The notes under the pieces were generated by a model. That model was given only the letters and a program-made list of their open reading frames with translations, was not told the origin of the DNA and searched no databases. From an uncultured delta proteobacterium (lineage in GTDB: Bacteria > Desulfobacterota > BSN033 > UBA1163): a stretch of DNA of 64,000 nt. The position numbers and the translations under genes were made by a program. This document shows positions 52,586-61,566 of the stretch, piece after piece. The DNA is taken from contig CAWHBU010000006.1 in NCBI GenBank assembly GCA_963827685.1, positions 256,001 through 320,000 on the forward strand, given 5' to 3'. Each line of letters begins with the position of its first letter. Within the stretch, counting starts at the first letter, position 1.

Positions 52586-52994
52586 GAAAAAAACTTTCAA
52601 AGCACATTTTCCTTTTTGAATCATCATTGATGATATCGGTCCCGGGAGAAACAATCGGTCTTTTGTGATTGATTATTGCTTCATGGAATAACATTCTGCC
52701 TAAATCCTAATCGTCGGTAAGACAATTGTGTGGATATTACTTCCTAAACTCCACAGACGGGCATTTGGGCAAAGCGTCCTTGATTTCAATAATCGCTAAA
52801 TCTTGAGACTATCCAAAACTGTGGACGTGCAGGTGGGATTGGTTAGGCTGGACATTTTTCTATGGGGGGTAACTTTTTGGACTTACCCACGCTTCATTTC
52901 AAGATGAAGAATAACTTTTAAACCACAGCGAAATATTCGATCCACCATTCGAGCAACCATTCAATTGCGGATTTCATATTGCGAATTGCGGATT

Positions 52995-54251
52995 TTACTT
53001 ATTACTATTCCCTTCGCGATATGTTTTAAACCATAAAGAAATATTAGATCCACCATTGGAGGCACTATTGAGGATAGCTGAACGCATCTCTTTTTTCTTC
53101 GATTGACCGACAACCACATTCAAATCACATTGTGGATCGAGATGCTCTGTTCCGATCGTCGGAGGAATTATCCCGTGATAAAGACTTAACGCCAATCCAC
53201 AAGCTCTGATCCCTCCCGAGCCGTCGAACTCCCCGAGCGCTGATTTAAGGCTGCTGACAGAAATCTCCTTCGCTCTTTCTCCAAAGATCTTTTTGATCGC
53301 AAGGGTCTCCACGCGATCCAGATCAGGAGTGGAGTTAGCGGCTGCTGAAATATAATCAACGGTGTCGAGTTCTTGGGCTGCCAGAGACATTGCCCTGGCA
53401 ATTGAATCTCCCTTAAGATCATACCGAAGAAGTCCATCTGTGCTTCCTGCAAGCCCAACACCAGCCATCTCAGCATACACTCTCGCTCCCCTCTTCTTCG
53501 CATGTTCCAATGTCTCTAAGACGACAATTCCGCTTCCTTCTCCCAGGACAATCCCATTCCGATCCTGATCAAAGGGTTTCATCCCTTCTGCGCCTTTTCC
53601 TCTTCCCGGTGACAGAGCGCCAAGCATCGAATAGACATGATAGAGAGGCTCGCTCAACTCATCGCCTCCTCCTGCGAAGACGACATCTGCCCTTCCCTCT
53701 TTCAACAGATGATAAGCAAACGTCATGGCCATCTCTGTGGAAGATTCTTTATGAGAGAAGGTGATGTTCACTCCCTTGATGCCATATTCGATGGCACAGT
53801 GGCTCGTGATGGCATTGGGCACAGCAGTTTGAAAGAGGAGGGGGGCTGCTCCCAGCGGACCCTCTTTTAGAAGGGAACGAAAGAACTGGTCTACGGTATC
53901 AGAACTCCCCAAACCCGTACCAATTGAAATCCCGATTCGGCTGGAATCCTCCTCCTTTAGGTTGAGACCGGAATCATCTATCCCCAATCGGACGGCTGAG
54001 ACAACGATTTTCCCGATCCGATCCATCCTTCTAAGATTAGCCGGCTTGATAAAAGCCTTAAAATCGATCTCCGAAAGTTGGGCTCCCAACCGAGAGCGGT
54101 AAGAACTCACGTCAATCCCCTGAATCGGCTTGATCCCGGAGATTCCTTGAAGGCAGTTCTCCCAGAAGGCCTCTTTACCAGCACCAATTGAGGAAACAAT
54201 TCCCAAACCTGTAATGACAACGCAATGATCCTTCGGCGAGTACACTTCCAT
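52995..54251 (-). CDS. Ketosynthase homolog lacking the catalytic triad (chain-length-factor-like)
   Basis: VVITGLG, PFD..RNG..LGEG; Cys>Glu, His>Ala, His>Glu by eye alignment. Confidence 0.88.
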   Translation of the reverse strand: MEVYSPKDHCVVITGLGIVSSIGAGKEAFWENCLQGISGIKPIQGIDVSSYRSRLGAQLSEIDFKAFIKPANLRRMDRIGKIVVSAVRLGIDDSGLNLKEEDSSRIGISIGTGLGSSDTVDQFFRSLLKEGPLGAAPLLFQTAVPNAITSHCAIEYGIKGVNITFSHKESSTEMAMTFAYHLLKEGRADVVFAGGGDELSEPLYHVYSMLGALSPGRGKGAEGMKPFDQDRNGIVLGEGSGIVVLETLEHAKKRGARVYAEMAGVGLAGSTDGLLRYDLKGDSIARAMSLAAQELDTVDYISAAANSTPDLDRVETLAIKKIFGERAKEISVSSLKSALGEFDGSGGIRACGLALSLYHGIIPPTIGTEHLDPQCDLNVVVGQSKKKEMRSAILNSASNGGSNISLWFKTYREGNSNK

Positions 54252-54307
54252 TTTCCTATTAATTCTTAACCCCCAATTATTGAATTAAATTACCGACTCC
54301 GAACTCA

Positions 54308-55528
54308 TTACTCCGAACTAAATTTCTTAAACACCAAGCACACATTGTTGCCCCCGAAGGCGAACGAATTTGAGAGGGCCACCCGAACATCCTTCTTAAT
54401 GGATTGATTAGGTGTATAATTCAGATCACAAAGGGGATCTGGTACTTCATAGTGAATGGTCGGAGGAATGATCCCAGTCTTCAGGGTCATGACGGTCGCC
54501 ACAGCCTCGATACCACCCGCAGAGCCAAGGCAATGTCCTATCATGGATTTGATTCCGCTGATGGGAATCTCTTTTGCCCTTTCTCCAAAAACCCGTTTGA
54601 TCCCCCGTGTCTCGGCAATGTCATTGAAAGGCGTGGCCGTGCCATGGGCATTGATGGTATCGACCTCCTCTGCGGAAACCCCCGCATGAGCTAAAGCAAG
54701 GCGGATCACCCTTTCTACACCCTCCCCGTTGGGCTCCGGTGCTGTAAGATGATAGGCATCGGCGCAGATCCCATATCCTAAAAACTCCGTATGAATCGGG
54801 ACTTCTCTCTTCAATGCATGGCCCAGTTCCTCAAGGATGAGGATGCCAGCTCCTTCACCGATGACCAGACCCTGTCTCCTCTTGTCGAAGGGTTTGCAAC
54901 TTTCAGGATCAACCAGCTTCAGACTGCTGAATCCGCTATAGGAGACCTCGCAAAGAGAATCACTTCCACCCGTCACCATCACATCCGCCAAACCCATTTG
55001 AATCATCTCATAGGCTACGCCAATAGAGGCGGAACTTGAAGAACAGACTGTCGCGGTGGTCGTTCGGGGTCCTTTCAAGCCTGATTCAATGGCGATGTGG
55101 TCCGTCGTAGTGGCGAGGGAATAAGAGATAAGAAGGGACGGAGAGGACTTCTTCGTTCCTTGATAATAGTCTCTAAAATATTTTTCGACTGAGAGAATGC
55201 CGCCGGAGCCTGCCCCCAATACGACCCCTACCCTTTCCTTATTATGCGAATCCTGGTTAAGACGGGCAGATTTCCACGCCTCTCTGAAGGCAATCAGGCC
55301 GAATTGATCACATCGGGAGAGGCGTCGAGTCTCCTTTTTTGAAAAATGGGCCCCAGGGTCCAAATGGGAAACCTCTGCAGCAATCTTCGTCCGGTAGGCA
55401 GAGGGATCAAAGACCGTAATCTCCTTTGTCCCATCTCTTCCCTCGATGAGGGAGTTCCAGAACTCAGGGAGGTCATTTCCCACGGCACTAACCACACCCA
55501 GACCTGTAATCACAACCCTTTTCTTCAT
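54308..55528 (-). CDS. fabF: beta-ketoacyl-ACP synthase, FabF-like, intact triad
   Basis: TVCSS, NAHGTAT, KSMIGH, SNSFAFGG. Confidence 0.93.
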   Translation of the reverse strand: MKKRVVITGLGVVSAVGNDLPEFWNSLIEGRDGTKEITVFDPSAYRTKIAAEVSHLDPGAHFSKKETRRLSRCDQFGLIAFREAWKSARLNQDSHNKERVGVVLGAGSGGILSVEKYFRDYYQGTKKSSPSLLISYSLATTTDHIAIESGLKGPRTTTATVCSSSSASIGVAYEMIQMGLADVMVTGGSDSLCEVSYSGFSSLKLVDPESCKPFDKRRQGLVIGEGAGILILEELGHALKREVPIHTEFLGYGICADAYHLTAPEPNGEGVERVIRLALAHAGVSAEEVDTINAHGTATPFNDIAETRGIKRVFGERAKEIPISGIKSMIGHCLGSAGGIEAVATVMTLKTGIIPPTIHYEVPDPLCDLNYTPNQSIKKDVRVALSNSFAFGGNNVCLVFKKFSSE

Positions 55529-55555
55529 TTGACCTCAGTTAATTAAGCACGTGTC

Positions 55556-55910
55556 CGTGCCTGCACGCTGAAGCCTGCCTCCGCCGGAGCGGCTTCGCGC
55601 AGGCAGGCGTTTCGGCGCGCAAGCGTGTCCGTTTTTCGTGTCCGGAAACCATTAGAATTCTATTTCCAAATTACCTAGAAAATAACTCTCAAATCCCCCA
55701 ACCCCCCTTTTGCTAAAGGGGGGCGAGGGGGGATTAGCAATTTTCATGGTTCGTGCCTGCCTGCCGGTAGGCAGGGGTGACGAACCCGTCATGAAAGATT
55801 GTTCAGAAAATAAAACGCCCCAAAAATCTTCCTCCCCCCTTGCGGGGGAGGATCAAGGTGGGGGGTAGTCCATTTTGTTCACCCCCACCCACCCCCGGGA
55901 GGGGGACCAT
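55556..55910. repeat. Cluster of several palindromic repeat families, partly nested
   Basis: CCTGCACGC..(55560-55623), AATCCCCC..GGGGGATT, TTTCATG..CATGAAA, CTCCCCCCTTGCGGGGGAG. Confidence 0.85.
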
Positions 55911-55943
55911 TCAAATTTCTATCATTCGGATGCAACGTATCCA

Positions 55944-56804
55944 TCACGATATATTACTTCTGAATGCTAAAATGGTTTTGCTGACTCCGGGAAGAAGGAT
56001 TTTCTTCAGGCTGAGATAGAAAAGCGCTTCCGCGAGGCTTCCAAAAAGAACGGAGGCTGTTCGCTTTTCCAAATCACTGGGGAGCGTGTATCCACCGATC
56101 AGGTGTTGGCCTTTTCCAAAACCAATTCTCTCTAAACACCCCTGAATCATCTTCGGCGAGAAATCGGAGAGATGAGCAGGTAGATCGTATAAACGATTCT
56201 TAACGCCGAAGAAATGGAGTAGACTCTTGATGGGGGTGGTATGAGGATACCTCAGCAGGAGGAGTCCTCCTGGTTTGAGAATTCGGTAGCATTCCCTGAG
56301 AAAGGTCATCGGGTGGGGGAGGTGCTCGATGACATAGAATCCAGTGACTGCATCGAAATGATTATCGGGAAAACCCACCTTCTCCAATGGTCCAGGATGG
56401 ACTGTCAGTCCTAAAACATTCCTTGCATAGTCTAAGGCTTTTTGGGAAATCTCAATGCCCACTGCCTCCCATCCCCTGTTCTTCATCTCGGCAATAAAAA
56501 ATCCAAAACCAGCCCCTACATCCAAGAGCCGTCCATTTCTTCTATATCGCTTGAGTAGATCTGCCGCCCGATGGAAGACGGGCTTCATCATCTTCTCCCA
56601 TGATCCAATCGAGGCTTCTTCTTCCGGAAGATACTGTTGATAGAAATGATGAAGAGATTCAACCGTGGGCCGAGGATTGAGAAAGATGAATTGACATGAG
56701 GGACACCGGACCATTTGGAAGGAACCCTCCAGGTGTAGAGGGTCTCCTCTTGACTTTTGGCAGATGGGACAGTTGACCTCCTCCATTTCAAAATCCATGT
56801 TCAA
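55944..56804 (-). CDS. Class I SAM methyltransferase with N-terminal CxxC..CxxC
   Basis: CPIC, CPSC, LLDVGAGFG, VIEHL, LKPGG. Confidence 0.92.
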   Translation of the reverse strand: MNMDFEMEEVNCPICQKSRGDPLHLEGSFQMVRCPSCQFIFLNPRPTVESLHHFYQQYLPEEEASIGSWEKMMKPVFHRAADLLKRYRRNGRLLDVGAGFGFFIAEMKNRGWEAVGIEISQKALDYARNVLGLTVHPGPLEKVGFPDNHFDAVTGFYVIEHLPHPMTFLRECYRILKPGGLLLLRYPHTTPIKSLLHFFGVKNRLYDLPAHLSDFSPKMIQGCLERIGFGKGQHLIGGYTLPSDLEKRTASVLFGSLAEALFYLSLKKILLPGVSKTILAFRSNIS

Positions 56805-56831
56805 CTCTTATACTGACCGCCAAAAGAAAGT

Positions 56832-56973
56832 TGTCATTGCGAGGAGCGAAGCGACGTGCCTGCACGCCGCAGTGCCTGCCTTCGTCCCGCAAGGCAGGGC
56901 TTCACGCAGACAGGCGTTTCGGCACGCAGGCGTGGCAATCTAATGAGATTGCTTCACTTCGTTCGCAATGACA
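56832..56973. repeat. Triple-nested palindromic element
   Basis: GTCATTGCGAG element containing a CCTGC..GCAGG insert (56859-56930, CGTG on both sides), itself containing a CCTGCC element. Confidence 0.85.
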
Positions 56974-57002
56974 TCCTGTGCGTGCCAACTTATTTATGAC
57001 GG

Positions 57003-57722
57003 TTACTTTGGTAATCCCCCTTTGCCTCCTCTTATTGAAGGAGGATTAGGATTAGGCCTCACCGATTCGATCCACATCTCTACGGTTCGTGTGTAAAGCT
57101 TCCAACGCTCCAATCTCGATTGTTCTAAGAAATCCCGACATTCCTTGATGGTATAGGAAGACTGGATCGATTCTAAAAAACCTCTCGTCGCTTTAGGATG
57201 TCTTCCAAAAAAAGCTTTCCAAAGAAGATTAAAAATTCCGATGAACACAATAGAGGCATCCCGGTGAAAATCAACTATAACAAACGCTCCCCCTTCCTTC
57301 AAGGATCGGGCAACCTCGTTGAAGAAGTCGACAGGGCGGTCTAAATGGTGGAGAGTGGTAATGCAGAGAACAAGATCGAGAGAATGATCTTCAACGGGGA
57401 GGGAGTAGGCCGAACCCACCTCAAATTCGATTTTGTCGGCCAATCTTTTCTCCTTCGCATTTCTTCTCGCAATTTCGACCATCACTGGAGAGAGATCAAT
57501 ACCTTTAAATCGAACCCCCGGAATGGCCTTTGACAAAAAAATGGGAAAGGTTCCGGGACCTGTTCCCACATCAATGGCCCTTCCCTTCTCAATCCCCTTG
57601 GCCAATACCCGTTTGAGAACCCTCTGGCACGGGAACCTCCCATATCGCTTGGCCATAAGGTTGTAATATTCCGCCAGCTCCTGGTCTTCAATAATACCAG
57701 ACTCTGTGATTCGCTCTTTCAT
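57003..57722 (-). CDS. Class I SAM methyltransferase
   Basis: IDVGTGPG, GIDLS, TLHHL, LKEGG. Confidence 0.92.
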   Translation of the reverse strand: MKERITESGIIEDQELAEYYNLMAKRYGRFPCQRVLKRVLAKGIEKGRAIDVGTGPGTFPIFLSKAIPGVRFKGIDLSPVMVEIARRNAKEKRLADKIEFEVGSAYSLPVEDHSLDLVLCITTLHHLDRPVDFFNEVARSLKEGGAFVIVDFHRDASIVFIGIFNLLWKAFFGRHPKATRGFLESIQSSYTIKECRDFLEQSRLERWKLYTRTVEMWIESVRPNPNPPSIRGGKGGLPK

Positions 57723-58165
57723 TCTCCTTCCGCCAGCCTCTTTGCCAAAACAAGCGTTCCCTCAGCTATTATTTCTCCTTCCACTCTAGCCAGAACCTTC
57801 ACCTTGGCCAAATCAGAAAATATATGTAGCACTTCTGCCTCAATGTTGACTTGATCTCCCGGTATAACTCTTCTTTTCAATCGAAACTCTTCAACTCTCG
57901 CTAAGACAGGTATCCTTTCTCCTCCATCTTCAAATGAGGATTGAAAGGCCAGTCCCCCGGTTTGCGCCATTGCTTCGAGAATCAATACTCCCGGCATGAC
58001 AGGGTCTTTTAGGAAATGGCCTGAAAAATGCGGTTCATCAATGCTGACATTTTTCAGGGCAATCGCCTTCTTTCCATTTTCGATCTCGAGAATCCGATCG
58101 ATCATCCGGAAAGGAAAGGCATGGGGAAGTCTCAACAAGATTTCATTGAGGTCGGTCGTCTTCAT
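57719..58165 (-). CDS. fabZ: 3-hydroxyacyl-ACP dehydratase
   Basis: LPHAFPF..IDRI, GHF...PVMPGVLILEAMAQ. Confidence 0.93.
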   Translation of the reverse strand: MKTTDLNEILLRLPHAFPFRMIDRILEIENGKKAIALKNVSIDEPHFSGHFLKDPVMPGVLILEAMAQTGGLAFQSSFEDGGERIPVLARVEEFRLKRRVIPGDQVNIEAEVLHIFSDLAKVKVLARVEGEIIAEGTLVLAKRLAEGE

Positions 58166-58214
58166 TTTAATCCGTAATTGACATAGATAAAATTTCAAAT
58201 ACCAAAATCCAAAT

Positions 58215-58324
58215 GTGAAGCTCCCCGCCCACAGGGCGGGGCTTCCCGGCAAGGTATTTTCATTTTATATTGTGCCCCTTGCCCCCGCCTACAAGGCGGG
58301 GCTTGTGGGGCACGTTCCGGCCAA
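58215..58324. mobile_element. Second copy of the two-hairpin element, inside a heptamer palindrome
   Basis: Shares ends and hairpins with 40296-40431. Confidence 0.7.
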
Positions 58325-58469
58325 ATCAATGCCAAATGATTAAATATCAGAGTTATTCTTTTGAAATTTGACCCTTCGATTCCATTTGAACTTGATTCAC
58401 CTTCGGTTCATCACTTCGTGCGGGCTTTGGCTTTGGTATTTGAAAACATATCCTTTTGTTCACAAATGC

Positions 58470-58949
58470 CTAAAAGAGAGATAGAATTTTAAAGATTCCT
58501 TTAGCGATCCCCATGATAATAAAAATACCTATGAAGGAGCCTGTCATTAAAAGAACGGTTCCTTCAATCTTTCCCTTTTTAAGAAAGAAACTAACGATGC
58601 TCGCTGAAAGGATTCCAAAACCCCGAATGGGAAGAGCAGAAAGCAGGATGAGTCCCACATTCCCCAGGGACATCACTTTTCTTAAGATCGGCCTTTCATC
58701 CAATCGGGTCAAGACATGATCCGTTTTTTTCTTCAACCATCGCACAGGGAAGAAACTCCTACTCGAATGCTCCAAGATGATTCCATAGACTGGGATTTGA
58801 ACATAGTCATAAGCCAGAGCCAAAGGAAAGTAGAGGGAAACAGGCATTTGATTGAAGATGGCAAAAAGCACAGAGAAAGATCGCCCCAGGGTGAAGTGGA
58901 TAAGGGTGAAGAGCGAAATCAATTTCCAATAGCCGGCTATCCACTCCAT
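58470..58949 (-). CDS. Small multi-TM membrane protein (small multidrug export-like)
   Basis: About 4 hydrophobic helices; overlaps upstream KS gene. Confidence 0.7.
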   Translation of the reverse strand: MEWIAGYWKLISLFTLIHFTLGRSFSVLFAIFNQMPVSLYFPLALAYDYVQIPVYGIILEHSSRSFFPVRWLKKKTDHVLTRLDERPILRKVMSLGNVGLILLSALPIRGFGILSASIVSFFLKKGKIEGTVLLMTGSFIGIFIIMGIAKGIFKILSLF

Positions 58950-60169
58950 TCAACACCTACCAGGATAGACGAAAAGCAATTCTCTGGTGAAATTCCTAAA
59001 TGGAGGATCGTCTGAACCTCTCGATTCAATCTTTGATTGACCACATAATGGAGATCACAGATCGGATCCGGGTTCAGATAATTAATGGTCGGTGAAATGA
59101 AGTCATTTCCCATGGAAAGTACATTGGCCACCATTCTCATCCCGCCGGATGCAATGGCTTCTCCCACCATCGACTTGATCGAACTAACAGGAATCTGAAG
59201 GTACTCGGTTGGAAATGTCTTCTTAACCCCTTTGGCCTCCAGGGCATCCAATACTTTGGATGAATTCCCAGCCCCGCTGAGATAATCGACGGAAGCACCT
59301 TTTTTCCCCTTAAGTGCCAGTTTCATGGACCGATTCAAATCCTCTGACCCGTCGCCTTTAGATGATCTCCCGACCAAACTATAACCGAGAATATAACCGT
59401 AAATCCTTACCCCCCTCGATCGGGCATGCTGTTCATTTTCAACCACCAATAATCCAGCGCCCTCTCCCAATACCAATCCATTTCGCATTTTATCGTAAGG
59501 CCGGGACTTTTCTCCATGTCTCTGATCTGTGGCTAACAGGTGAAGTTCTGAAAACCCGCGGAACAGAATCTCGCTTAGTTCATCCACTCCACCTGTGAGG
59601 ATAAGGTCAGCCTTTCCTTTTCGAAGCTGATCACAGGCGAAACATATAGCGGCCTCTGCTGTGCAGAAGGATTGAACCAATGTCGAATTGACCCCCTGGA
59701 TTCCAAGTTCAATGGAGACATAACTGGAGGGGGCATTAGGAACAGTATTGGGAAAGAGCATGGGGTTTAAGTCCAAGAAACCTTTCAGGACCTGGCCTTG
59801 ATGAAATTCCTCTGAGCTCGAGAGACCACAGAAACCAGAGCCAAAGACGACTCCGACCCTTGAGCTATTCTCCTGAGTCACAGTGAACTGAGCATCGCCT
59901 AAAGCCAATTTCGACGCTGCGATAGCGAACTGACTCGCCCGATCAAGGCGCCGGATCTTACTCGCGGGTATAAAATCTTTGGGATGGAAGGATCGGATCA
60001 CTCCTCCCTTTTTAGAACGGGAGAAACGCGTATCGAATTCTTTAATCTCCTCAATGCCGGATTTCCCGTTCTTTAAGGATGAAAGGAATTCCTCCTTCCC
60101 GATTCCAATCGGAGAGACGATTCCTATTCCGGTAACACAAATACGATCTGATGCCTTCGGCTCACTCAT
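58937..60169 (-). CDS. Second ketosynthase homolog lacking the catalytic triad
   Basis: VTGIG, PYD..RNG..LGEG; Cys>Phe (a Cys sits at +1), His>Ala, His>Glu. Confidence 0.88.
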   Translation of the reverse strand: MSEPKASDRICVTGIGIVSPIGIGKEEFLSSLKNGKSGIEEIKEFDTRFSRSKKGGVIRSFHPKDFIPASKIRRLDRASQFAIAASKLALGDAQFTVTQENSSRVGVVFGSGFCGLSSSEEFHQGQVLKGFLDLNPMLFPNTVPNAPSSYVSIELGIQGVNSTLVQSFCTAEAAICFACDQLRKGKADLILTGGVDELSEILFRGFSELHLLATDQRHGEKSRPYDKMRNGLVLGEGAGLLVVENEQHARSRGVRIYGYILGYSLVGRSSKGDGSEDLNRSMKLALKGKKGASVDYLSGAGNSSKVLDALEAKGVKKTFPTEYLQIPVSSIKSMVGEAIASGGMRMVANVLSMGNDFISPTINYLNPDPICDLHYVVNQRLNREVQTILHLGISPENCFSSILVGVEWSG

Positions 60170-61391
60170 AGACCTTTTCTTCGTCTCCCTCGAGGTCCAT
60201 CGCATCTTTTTCTACATCCCTTGCATCACTCTCTCTTTTTAACACCTCCCTGTAGAATTCATGTTGAATAAGAAGACTCATGATTTCATTCGTTCCGGTC
60301 CAGATCATCTGCAATCTCGCATCGCGGAAGAAACGCTCGATGGGATAGACATTCGTATATCCGATTCCACCCATCACCTGCATCGAATGGTTGACGACCT
60401 CCCAGAGCATTTCTGTAGAGTTCTTTTTTGCCTCGGAGACCATCCGCCTCGAATCAAAACCTTCATCGACATGCCTTGCCGTCACATAGACCAGACTCCG
60501 AGCGGCATCGAGTTTTGTAATCGAATCGGCCACCCTAAAACTGACTGCTTCAAATTTTCGGATCGTCTCTCCAAAGGCCTTCCTCCGGTCGCTGTATCGT
60601 GTAGCAATCTCCAGACAGCACCGCGCCATGCCAAGGGCTCCGGCTGCAGTGGTCAATCGCTCAGGGATCATCATCCGGTCGAAGACCAGCGAACCTCCAT
60701 TCAACGGCCCAACGAGATTTTTTGCCGGCACCTTGGTATCGCGAAAATAGAGACGGCCTGTCCCTCCTCCGCGTGAACCCAGGAGTCCGTAAACATGCTT
60801 GACTTCTACACCCATGTCCCTTTCGACAATGAAACAGGAAATGGATTGGTGGGGATGAGCCTCTGGTGCCGTTTTTGCATAGACCAGAAAATAATCCGCC
60901 CCCTCCGCACCCACCACAAAACGCTTCTGGCCATTGAGGATGTAATGATTCCCATCTTTCTTGGCAAGGGTGGTGGCGCCGAAAAAGTCGGATCCTCCCC
61001 GGGGTTCAGTGAGAGCCTCTGCGCAGCAGAGCTTTCCCTCAAGGGTGGGCTTCAAATATTTTGCCTTCTGCTCCGGCGTACCAAAATGATGGATCGCCTC
61101 GCCGCAGATGCTCACTAAAGAGTAGAGGCAGCTCATTCCTGATCCAAGGACACCAATTTCCTCAATGGCCGCTACCTCCCCTGTCCACTTCATCCCCCTG
61201 CCTCCCCATTCCTTGGAGAAGCGAAGGCCGAGGAGATTCTGTGCTGCCAGACTTTCAATATACTCCTTCGGATACTTCACCTGATCAGCGTCCATGGCTC
61301 GAATCAGTGAACTCGGCACCTTTTCTCTGACGAACCTTCTGACCTCCTCTTGCAACTTCTTCTCTTCCTCTGTCAAAAGAAAATCATACAT
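60162..61391 (-). CDS. Acyl-CoA dehydrogenase
   Basis: [35 protein letters not shown]. Confidence 0.95.
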   Translation of the reverse strand: MYDFLLTEEEKKLQEEVRRFVREKVPSSLIRAMDADQVKYPKEYIESLAAQNLLGLRFSKEWGGRGMKWTGEVAAIEEIGVLGSGMSCLYSLVSICGEAIHHFGTPEQKAKYLKPTLEGKLCCAEALTEPRGGSDFFGATTLAKKDGNHYILNGQKRFVVGAEGADYFLVYAKTAPEAHPHQSISCFIVERDMGVEVKHVYGLLGSRGGGTGRLYFRDTKVPAKNLVGPLNGGSLVFDRMMIPERLTTAAGALGMARCCLEIATRYSDRRKAFGETIRKFEAVSFRVADSITKLDAARSLVYVTARHVDEGFDSRRMVSEAKKNSTEMLWEVVNHSMQVMGGIGYTNVYPIERFFRDARLQMIWTGTNEIMSLLIQHEFYREVLKRESDARDVEKDAMDLEGDEEKVYE

Positions 61392-61566
61392 CGTTTTCCC
61401 GCTCCCCTAAAAGTGATATTGGCTTCCTGGCCGTTCTTCCATGATGAATTCATTACCCAAAAATCATAAAGAATCAAGAGAATTCTTTTCCGAGACCGAT
61501 CCCTGATAGCCCCTTGTGTTTTTAGGAGCGATTGATTAATATTGGGGGTGATAGGAGAGGAAAGTT

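Noticed and set aside
52586-52994. Hidden acyl carrier protein gene
   Set aside because: No ORF with a DSL-type phosphopantetheine motif found by eye here or in other gaps of the cluster
58166-58252. N-terminal extension of FabZ in the ORF track
   Set aside because: Reads through the repeat element; the FabZ domain starts at 58165
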